64,000 nt of DNA, taken from the NCBI RefSeq assembly GCF_963506605.1, contig NC_083292.1, forward strand, positions 15,004,001-15,068,000. The letters are read 5' to 3'. The notes beneath the pieces are model-generated. The model saw only the letters and a list, made by a program, of their open reading frames with translations. It made no database searches and had not been told where the DNA came from. Of this stretch, positions 11,231 to 22,064 are shown one piece after another. The position numbers were made by a program, and so were the translations under genes. Numbering within the stretch: position 1 is the first letter of the stretch; every line of letters starts with the position of its first letter. The DNA comes from Zootoca vivipara (lineage: Eukaryota).

Positions 11231-14200
11231 GGCCAGGATGATTTCCACTGCAGCCCCTCAAAACACTTTTTAAGGACTTGGAGGTGCGGCTGGCATCAGC
11301 AGCATCCTCATTACTATTATTTACCCCCTTCATCCGAAGATCGCAGGGCGGTTCACAATGCAATCATACAAAAAAGGGAACACAAATGCATAATCAAAGA
11401 ACCAACCAATAGCCCCACCCCAAATACATTTAAAAGGCCATAAACTTACTTAATCAGCCAAAGTCCTCGTTATGGAGGAGCGCTTTTGCCTGGCGCCTAA
11501 AGATATGTAATGAAGGCGTCAGGTGAGCCTCCCAGGGGAGAGCATTCCACACGTGGGGAGCCACCCCAGAAAAGGCCCGTTTTTGTGTTGCCACCCTCCA
11601 GACTTCTCGAGGGAGCACATGAAGACGGGCCTCAGAGGATGATTGCAGGATCCAGGTCAGTTCATATGGGGTTCATATGGATTTATTATTATTTTTATTG
11701 AATTTATATACTGCCCTATACCCACAGGTCTCAGGGCAGTTCACAGAATAAAATCAGAATATAAAACCACAAATACATGAATCAAAATAAAAACAACAAC
11801 CAATAAAAGAATAACCCCGTCCTTGGTCCTTAAGGTATTGTGGTAAATGGAACAGCAGGACGCTGTTAAGTCGGTGTCAGTAGCAGCACTGGGAGAGAAG
11901 TGATTAACTCATTTCAGGATGTTTTTGTGATCAGAATTACGCACAATAATTCCCACCACCATAAATTATGAAAGCATTTAATCACCTCTTCCTGTTCTTT
12001 GGCTGTAGTCATCTTCACGGCACTCCCCCAATTGTGTTTCTTTTTTTTTAAAAAAAATTTAATAAACTAATATGGCAGGAGACTAATCCCTTGCAGTGTT
12101 GCCCAGTGTTTTTATAGCTAATTTCTCTCAGCATCTCTCCTGCCCCCATGCAGTACTATGATTATAACACCACTGGTCTACTTTGCAGGGCTGTGGTCAG
12201 TCAGAGCTCACCCCACCCTCTGTGTATTATCCATGTTGTGGCAATCTCCCAAAGTGTTCCAGAAACTTCCCCTGGTCCAAACCTCTATTGTGGTTTTCAA
12301 CTGGATAAGAATAGGCAAAAATTAAAATACAGTGGTACCTTGGGTTACAGACGCTTTAGGTTACAGACTCCACTAACCCAGAAATAGTACCTCGGGTTAA
12401 GAACTTTGTTTCAGGATGAGAACAGAAACCACTGTACAGCAAATCTATGTCTTAACCACCCACCTAAAAATGAAAAATGAAGGTGCCCAATTTAACTTTG
12501 GGGGAAGGAGTTCCACTGTTGGGGTGCTACCACCAAAGAAAACCCTTGTTAGTGGAGTACTGAAACCATTGTGAAATCCACAGGTATCTCGGTGACAAAG
12601 ACAATGACCTCGAAGACCACTCGCAAGTGCTCTTGCGACAGCTGCAGGAACGCATAAGAGCTCGACAGCAGCAGAAGCAGCAGCAGCAGCAGGATGATCA
12701 CATGCCTGCAGAAAGTGGACCAGATAATGAAATGCCTGACTTGGACTTAGAGAAAAAAGCAAAGCAGGAGTCCAGAAAGAGGAAGCAGACTGAGGAATCC
12801 CCTTTAATAGGAGGCCATAGAAAGAGAAAGAAGAAATTATGCACTGAAGGGGGTGAAGGTATGGAAGAGAAAGACGGTGATCCTAGTCTAAGAAGAAGTA
12901 AAACAAGTGGAGAGGAATCCAAAACACCACAAGGAAGGACTGATGGAGGGGAAGGTAAAATAAATTGCGGGTGGAAACTGGGAGCTACATTCAGTCTCTG
13001 TCATTTCTGGGCAGCGCTCAGTCAACAAAATGATAGTATCTGCTCAGGCGCACCCCCGAAAAATCAGGCCAGTGATGCTCATCTTTTTAGAGATAGGAAG
13101 GCACAGTCTAAGAATAAATGTGTACCATAAAGATTGGCTCTGACTTCTGGAATGAAGCGAAGGGCTGTAGAGCACCTGCTTTGCATGCAGAAGGTTCCAG
13201 GTTCAGTCTGGGATATCCTGGCAGGGTTGGGGGTGTCCTCTGTCTGGAGAGCCTCTGCCAGTCAGTGTAAACTAGGAGTGGGGAACTCCTGACCTTCCAG
13301 ATGTTGCCAGACTACAATCTCCCAGCAGCCCTATGTAGCATGGTCAATGGCCAGGGATGATGGGAGTTGTAGTTCAGCAACATCTCGAGGACCAAAGGTT
13401 CCTCACACTCATTGTAGACAAAACTGAGCTAGATAGACCCTAGTGGTCTGACTCAATCTAAGGCAGTGTTTCCCAACCTTGTGCCTCCAGCTGTTTTGGG
13501 ACTACAACTCCCATCATCCCTAGCTAGCAAGGCCAGTGGTCAGGAATGATGGGAATTGTAGTCCGAAAACAGCTGGAGACACAAGGTTGGGAAACACTGA
13601 TCTAAGGCATCTTCCTAATGAGAATCATAATTCAGGAAGAGTTTATTTATTGAAATTGTTTTTGGCCTACTCTTCATCTGAGAAGGACTCCCTGAGTGGC
13701 TTACCGTATTCAATAATAACACCATATCTGTCCAGGAGAAGCCACCAATAGAGATTTCTGCTTCCCCAGTGTGGTGTGTTCAGCAAAACTCCTGTTGTGA
13801 TCTCATGAGTCACTTTCACCCACCTTCTCTTGCCTCTTGTGTGAGCAGTGGCTGGTGTGGATTAGCCCTCACTTCTCCCCTTGAGACTCCCACTTGCTAT
13901 AAAGTGAGCAGCTGCCTGCTTCTTTGGCTCTGTTGATTGGCACGAGGAAGGGTGGGGTGAGCGGGGGGGGGGGGAGGAACGGGACAAACTCCTTTCTGTG
14001 CATTTTTGGGGCCCTTTCCCACCTTGGGCCCAACCATCCCCCCCACCCCCAGCTCACCTTTCCCTCTCTCTTTTTGAAAATGCCACAAGCACGCCTTCTT
14101 CTTAAACTCAGGCCGCTTGTCTTGTTCATGTTGCTTTTACCAGGAAGTGAAATTAAGTTAGATAGCCATCTAGAAAATGACAGCTCAGCTGGAGAGAGGA

Positions 14201-17200
14201 AGGATGGCTTGGAATCCAGAGCAAACGAGAGCCACGGTGAAGAGGAGGAGACGCTGAAGTCGCCAGAGGATCCAAAGGAAACCCCCCCACCTCCCAACAC
14301 AATTGTTATTGGCGACTGGGGTCTGAAGGCAGCGCAGAAGAAGAAGAAGGTAGCTCACTTAAGGCTTGAGCTGATAGTCTGTTCTCAACATGCTTTGTCA
14401 AAGGCTCAGCCACACTGCTCTGCTGTGAGGTCAGTGATGCTTCTTTACTGAAGCAACCCTTGGAGGGTCAAGGTGACAGCTGGGTTTGGCTATCTGTTCA
14501 TTGCAGGGATTGGAAACCTGTGGTGCTCCCTAGATGATGCTGAACTACAATTCCCATCATCCCTGAACATTGGTCATAGCGGCTGTGACTGATGGGGGCT
14601 GGAATCCAATAGCTGGAGGGCTGCAGATATCCCCCTCCCCACCGCTAATGTTCATATTAATAATAAGCACATGTATAGCTTGGGACCCAGGTGGCGCTGT
14701 GGTTAAACCACTGAGCCTAGGGCTTGCTGATCAGAAGGTTGGCGGTTCGAATCCCTGTGACGGGGTGAGCTCCCGTTGCTTGGTCCCAGCTCCTGCCAAC
14801 CTAGCAGTTCGAAAGCACATCAAAATGCAAGTAGATAAATAGGAACCGCTACAGCGGGAAGGTAAACGGCGTTTCCATGTGCTGCTCTGGTTTGCCAGAA
14901 GCGGCTTTGTCATGCTGGCCACATGACCTGGAAGCTGTACGCCGGCTCCATCGGCCAATAATGCGAGATGAGCGTGCAACCCCAGAGTCGGTCACGACTG
15001 GACCTAATGGTCATGGGTCCCTTTACCTTTACCTTATAGCTTGCTTCATATCACAGAGCCATCAAAGCCTTGGTTTGGTGCCTGAGCATAGCACCCTTTT
15101 AATTCCTTTACCCCATTAGTTTCCTCTCTTTTTCGACAACCGGGACCAAACCTTGTTGAAGCTCAATAGAGGGAGATTCCATGGAAGCAAAACCTTTCAG
15201 CTGGGACATTGGGCCTGGATTTGCCCTCAGGGTGGAGTTGCAATGTTCCTTGTGGCATCTTGTGTGGGGGCAGAGGTGTGTGCGCGCCTGCAGTTCTCTT
15301 GAGTCCACAGTTCCAGCATCACATGTGTGTCTGTCATTTCCAGGTGGAGCCTCTTCTGCCACGCTGGCTGGCTGAACCTAAGTTGGTCCAGAGGCGGATC
15401 AAAGAGAATGTTGTCCCACTCCAAGATGTTCCAGTAATCCATCCAAAATTGAGGAAGAAACTGCAAGCAAATGGAATAGAGTCTTTGTTTCCAGGTATCA
15501 TCATAGTGGGATTTCCCCCCCCCCCTCTTCTATGCTTTTAAACCCGTATTTAGAAGATGGCCAGAGTTTGGGAGATGGATGGATACCAATGGTTTATGCC
15601 TAGCAGACAGGGACCTCTGCTCTTTAAATGAACGTTGATGGGAGTCGCTCCCATTGGTGCTTCAGTTGTAACCTCTCTGCAGTGTTTGATGTGGTGTCAA
15701 ACTGAGGAAGCACAGTTTTATCCACAGCAAATTATTTAGCTGGGCTAGAATGTCAATGAAATACCTGGATGTAAACGTGGACCTGCACCTCTCATCCCAC
15801 AGCAAGTTCCACCTCAAGTGTGTGGATCCATTCGAATGTGATGAGAGAGAAGCAACCCCACCTTTCTCAGAACTCTGGTTGCAAAGGAGCCAGAGGGCTG
15901 TAGGTATCCTTCACGACACCATTTAATAAATTCTGCCCAGAAATAATGAGCCAGCTGCTGGCCCTGGCCCTGGACCTTTGTTCTGGGTGCTCCAGGAATC
16001 TCTCTATAAAGAGATCAAGGGTGATTCCCCAAGACACCTAAGTGCCCAGAAATACTTTCCATAGGGCCACCCCCCTCCACTTCTCATGGCAATTCCAAGC
16101 TCTCTCTCTCTTGTATGGTGAGGCTAGGCTGGAGTTGACATGTCTGGAGAGAAGACTTAAAAGTGGATTTATTGATGGAATGTGAAGCATATAAACGTAA
16201 TAATAATAATAATAATAATTGTCACAGTGGCCGGAGTGGACTACTTCAGAGTAACGACGCTACGCAGCTCTGCATTTTATTCTTTTATTGGTGCTGCGTA
16301 TTTACAGTGCTCAAGTCATTGCTATTTACACGGAGCGATGTTGTCAGTCTGTTTCAGAACCTCCTAATGGCTTTTGGCGCGTCTTTCTCCAACACAAAAG
16401 CTTTGGCAGACCCATCCTCTTGCCCCTCCTCTTCCTGCGTAATTCTGGAGTTGGAGGGATGGGTCTTCCCCCCTTGCTTGCCCCTTCCTGTCCCACCTGG
16501 GACCCTGGCTCCTCTACCTTGCCTGAGCCTCGGACACGACTTCCTGCTTCCCCACTGGAATCGGAACTCTCCCTGCTTTCCCCTTTGCTCGGGGACGGGC
16601 TTGAACTCAGGAGGGGAGGGACTTCGCGATATCCCCTGTCCCTCACATCCACCCCCCTCCCAAGCTCTCCTTCACCCCTCCCCAGGCCCCCCCCATGTGT
16701 CGGTGACGACTGGAAGCCTAAGAACTCAGTGCTCTCCGAGCCCGTTGGTGTGAATACCTCCCCCCAGTCCTGCGAGCCCCCCCCTTCCGCCTGGGCGGAC
16801 GGGAATCCCAAAAAGTCCGTGGCGTCAGAGCTGGTGGGGGTAAAAACGTTCTGCCAATCTGCTCCTTCCTCTGACTGGGTGGATCTCGGTGACACCCATA
16901 CCTCATCCTCTGGTTCCTCAAACTCCGCTTCCCAGCGCCATGGTGAGCTGCTCTCCCGTGCCTCCTCCTCCTCCCCCTCCCTTTCCATGTGCCAGGGCTT
17001 GGGTCTGTGGGGAAAGAGGGCGTGAAATTCTTCCACCAAGAATTCCTCCTGTATCTGAGTGGCTGGGACCCATTCATTCTGGGACGGTGGAGCATCCTCC
17101 CATGCCATGAGGTACTCCAGTCCCCCCACCCCCCACCTTGAATCCAGGATGGCCGTGGCCTCATTGAGTTGCTCCCTGCCTTCCCTCTCCCCCCCTCCCT

Positions 17201-20200
17201 CGGGGGTTTGTTCGCTGTCTCGGAGCCTGCTGCTTTCCCTGTACGGCGACAGCAGCGATCTATGAAACACTGGATGCACCCTCATGTCCTCTGGCAGTGC
17301 CAGCCTGTATGCCACCGGGTTTACCTGTTGCGTGACCGTGAAGGGGCCCAGCCTTTTGGGTGCCAGCTTTTTGCACCTCCCTCTGGTGGGAAGGCCCTCC
17401 GAGGACAACCACACCTTGTCCCCCACCCTGATGACCTCCCCTTGTCGCCTGTGGCGATCTGCCCCCTTTTTGTACGCTTCCTTGGCCCTCTCCAAGTGTT
17501 CTCTGAGCTGCTGGTGCACCGTCTCCAGTTCCTCTGCCCAATCCTCAGCCTGTGGGCCCTCCTCCTCCTCCTCCTCCCTCTCCCTCTCTGGGAAAGATCT
17601 GAGGTCGCGCCCGTAATTGGCCTTAAAGGGCGACACCCCTGTGGAGACGTGCACTGCATTGTTGTAGGCAAATTCTGCTAGTGGCAAGCGATCCACCCAG
17701 TCCGTTTGCCGCTGGCTGACGTAGCATCTCAGGTACTGCTGCAGAATGGCGTTGACCCTCTCCGCTTGTCCGTTGGTCTGCGGGTGTCTAGCCGTCGACA
17801 AGCTGACCTCCACCTGCAGGAGGTTCATGAGCCGCCGCCAGAACCTGGAAACAAATTGGCGGCCACGATCCGAAATAACCCTTAAAGGTAATCCATGCAG
17901 TCTGAAAATGTGATCAACAAACAGTTTGGCTGTCTCTTCTGCCGAGACTGCCCTGGCACACGGTATAAAGTGACACATTTTGGACATAAGGTCCACCACC
18001 ACCAACACTGCAGTCTTACCCCTGGACGAAGGCAGATCTGTGATGAAGTCCATGGACACCACTTCCCACGGCCTGTGTGGTGTGGCTAAGGGCTCCAGCA
18101 ACCCTGGTGGCGCTGCTCTGACCACCTTCGCCCGCTGGCAGGTGGTACAGCCCCTTACATAGTCTCGAACATCTTCCCGCACCCCTGGCCACCAGAAGTG
18201 TCTCATGACTAGGTGAGCGGTTTTGTCCCTTCCAAAATGCCCCGCTGTAGGGTTGTCGTGCATCTGCTTGAGGACCGTACGTCGAAGCTGGGTGGTGGGT
18301 AGGTACAGCGCACCCTTGTAGAAAAGCAGCCCTCTGCGTTCTGCAAAGTCTTTTGCCTGCTCCCTCCCCCCTCTCAGTTCTCTGAAGATGCGGTTGGCAA
18401 ATTCATCCGCTGCCGTCAGTGCTGTGAGTTCTGCCTCGCTCACCACAGCTGCTCCGCAGGACCATGCCGACGGGGGGAAAATGTGCCTTGGGGCTGGTGG
18501 CGCCTCCTCCTCCATGTACTCTGGCTTGCGGGAGAGGGCATCCGCCCTGACATTCTGCTCCCCCGGGATGTAGTGTATGGAGAAGTTGAAGTTCGAGAAG
18601 AACTCTGCCCACCGTATCTGCCGCTGGTTGAGCACCCTGGCAGTTCTCCAGAACTCCAGGTTCTTGTGGTCTGTGCACACCTGGATGGGGTGCTTCGCGC
18701 CCACCAGGAAGTGTCGCCAGTGCTGGAACGCAGCGTAGATCGCAAGAAGTTCCCTATCAAACACTGTGTAGTTGCGTTCAGGCTGTGTCAGCTTCCTGGA
18801 GAAGAAGGCACAGGGTCTCCACTCCCTGTTGGCGTCCAGTTGCAACAAAATTGCGCCCACAGCTTTTTCAGAAGCATCAGTCTCAATGCGTAGGGGCGCG
18901 TCCTGCACCACATGGAACAGGTTTTGGTCTGAGGCGAACACTCTCTTGAGGCTTTCGAACGCTGCTTGCGCCTCTGGTGTCCACTTGAACTTCTGCTTGC
19001 CTCTCAGGCAGTCCGTGATGGGAGCCGTAACGCGAGAGAAGTTCTTGATGAACTTCCTGTAGAAGTTAGCGAAGCCTAGTAGGCGTTGGGCATCTTTGCG
19101 CGTCCTGGGGCTGTGCCAGTCCAGGATGGCCTGCACCTTGTCCTTGTCCATCGCCAGCCCCTTGTCTGACAGCTTGTAGCCCAGGAAGTCCACCTCTTTG
19201 GTGTGAAACTTGCACTTCTCCAGCTTCACATACAGGTGGTTCTCCTTCAGGCGTTGCAACACCTCTCTGACATCTTTCACATGCTGCACTGGGTCATTCG
19301 AGTAGATAAGGATGTCATCTAGGAAGACCAAGCATTTCCTGAAGAGGAGGGACCCCAGGACGTGGTGCATGAAGGCCTGGAAGCATGCTGAGCCCCCTTG
19401 CAAACCGAAGGGCATCACCAGATATTCAAAAGAGCCCAGAGGCGTGAACATCGTGGTTTTCCATTCATCTCCTTCCCGGATCCTGATCAAGTTGTACGCC
19501 CCCCTTAGGTCCAGCTTGGTGAAAATCTTGCCCCTGCGTGCCGCTGTCAGGAGATCATCCACTCTGGGCATGGGGAAAGCCACGGGCTCTGTCACCGAAT
19601 TCAGCCGTCTAAAGTCCACCACAAGACGGCGCTGTTGCGTGTCTTTCTTGTCCACCCAGAAGACCGGGCTGCCCCCTGCTGCCTTGCTTTCCCTTATGAA
19701 CCCCCGCTTGAGGTTCTTGTCGATGAAAGCGCGCAGATCCTCCAGCTCCTGGTCAGACATGGCGTACAGCTTGGCTGGGGGTATCGTCGCCCCTGGCACC
19801 AGGTTGATCTGGCAGTCAAAAGGCCTGTGCGGGGGTAGGTGGTCGGACTCCGCTTCGCTGAAGACCTCCTGCAGGTCCCAGTACTGCTTGGGTATTGCCT
19901 CACCCCCTTTGATATGCATGGTGGCCACCGTGGCTATCGGAGGCCCCTCCCCTGGTTGGTGCTGCATGCAATGTTCCAGACAAAAGTCTGACCCAAACGT
20001 GATGCACCTCTGGTGCCAACTGATGGAGGGGTCGTGGCGCGCCAGCCAGCTCATGCCCAAGACGATGGGGGGGTCTGAGATGGTGGTGACGTTGAACGCC
20101 AGTGTCTCTGAGTGCCTTCCCACCGTCATTCTCATGGGGGGGGTTTGATGTGTGATGGCCCCGCCCAGCAGCTCCCTGCCGTCAATGGTTGCTACGTGCA

Positions 20201-22031
20201 GAGGAAAATCCAACTGCAAAAGCTGGATTTGGTGCTCTTCTGCAAAGCTTCTCGAGAAGAAGTTGGCGGACGCCCCACTGTCAATTAAGGCGAGGACCGT
20301 CAGGGGATAGCCATTTGGGAGCGTTAGCGTCACTTCTAGAACCACTCCTGCTCTGGGAGGGGTGGGCTGGCTCTGCACCTCTCTGTGCGGGTGGGCGGGC
20401 TGGGGCTGTTGTCTGCTGACTGTGCCTGGCTGCTGCCCCTTGTCTCCTGCAGCCAGGCTTTCCCGTTTCCCTGCTGTGGTGCTGCGTCAGTGGGGGAGGG
20501 CACCACCGTTCCCGCCTTTCCTTGCCACTCCCTGCGATGTGGGCAGTCTCTGACGAGATGCTGGGGTGAGTTGCAGAGAAAGCAATTCCCGCCCCTTCCC
20601 TCCTTGCGCCTTGGCGCCGCTGGGGTTTGAAAAGCCCGCGCGCGCGCGCTATCAATCTGCATGGGCTCCTGGTCCTGGCTGGCTCCAGGCGTGGCCTGAA
20701 AGGGTTGTTGAGGGAGTGGCTTCTCCTGCGACCGTGGGAACCAAGCCCGCTTTGCGCGCGTCGCTTGCTTGTCGTTCCACCGGGATTCCTGCCTCACCCC
20801 CACCGCCAGAGCTGCTTTGCTCAGCTGATCCATAGTACTGGGCTTTGGACCTCTCGAGAGTTCATCCTTCACCTCCTCGCTCAAACCCAAGTAAAACGCA
20901 GCTTGCATGGGAGGCGAATCCAAAACCCACCCCAGTCTGTGCACCAGCATGGTGAATTTCGCCCAATATGCGCGAACTGTCATATTTCCTTGGCGTAAAT
21001 TATGCAGTTCCTCCTTAGTCTGGTCCAAATGACTATCGGACGAATACATCGTCCTCAAACCTTCTAGAAATTGTTGGACATTTTTCATGCAAGGATTCTT
21101 GGTTGCGATTAATGGTCTTAGCCACTCCCTGGCTGCTCCGGTGAGATGTTCCACAATAAACGCTACTCTGTGCTCATCATCGGGGAACTCATTCTGGTGC
21201 AGCTCAAGAGCATACACGATCTCAGTCTCAAAGCCCTGAAACTCCTTCGGGTCTCCATTGAACTTGCTTACAAGGGTCCCTGCTCTCCTTCCTGGCAGCA
21301 CTTGGACTTGGGGAGCCCCTCCCGCCTTGTTTTTCTCTGCATCCAGCTTGTTTTGGAGGTCTACCGCCACCGCCCTTAAATGCTGCTCTTTTTCCTGGAG
21401 CTCTCTCACCTGTTCCGCAAGTTGTAGCCGGTCGTCCTGGACCTTCTTAGTCTCCTCTTTAGCTGCCTTCAATTCTCCCTGCGCCTGCAGCGACAGCTGT
21501 TGCAGTTCTAGCTGGGCTTGCTCAGCGATCTGCCGCCACTTCTCCGCCTCGGACACGCTCATCCCGGCAACTCCGAAGTAGCCCAAAAATGATTAGGAGG
21601 TTGCTGTCACAGTGGCCGGAGTGGACTACTTCAGAGTAACGACGCTACGCAGCTCTGCATTTTATTCTTTTATTGGTGCTGCGTATTTACAGTGCTCAAG
21701 TCATTGCTATTTACACGGAGCGATGTTGTCAGTCTGTTTCAGAACCTCCTAATGGCTTTTGGCGCGTCTTTCTCCAACACAAAAGCTTTGGCAGACCCAT
21801 CCTCTTGCCCCTCCTCTTCCTGCGTAATTCTGGAGTTGGAGGGATGGGTCTTCCCCCCTTGCTTGCCCCTTCCTGTCCCACCTGGGACCCTGGCTCCTCT
21901 ACCTTGCCTGAGCCTCGGACACGACTTCCTGCTTCCCCACTGGAATCGGAACTCTCCCTGCTTTCCCCTTTGCTCGGGGACGGGCTTGAACTCAGGAGGG
22001 GAGGGACTTCGCGATATCCCCTGTCCCTCAC

Positions 22032-22064
<33 letters not shown>

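Larger units (their letters stand above)
16220..22032 (-). mobile_element. Full-length Ty3/gypsy LTR retrotransposon, Tf1/sushi chromovirus group, in DDX51 intron 4
   Basis: TG...CA 428-bp LTRs, ATAAT 5-bp TSD (16215-16219 / 22033-22037), gag and pol ORFs in the order PR-RT-RH-IN-chromodomain, PPT, self-priming PBS. Confidence 0.97.

Noticed and set aside
16344-17000. Possible env gene after integrase
   Set aside because: No signal peptide, furin-site/fusion-peptide arrangement or TM helix; the region is a hydrophilic in-frame Pol tail.
19312-20148. 278-aa + strand ORF antisense to RT (and other antisense ORFs over gag/pol)
   Set aside because: Shadow of GC-rich codon usage on the opposite strand; no recognisable domain.
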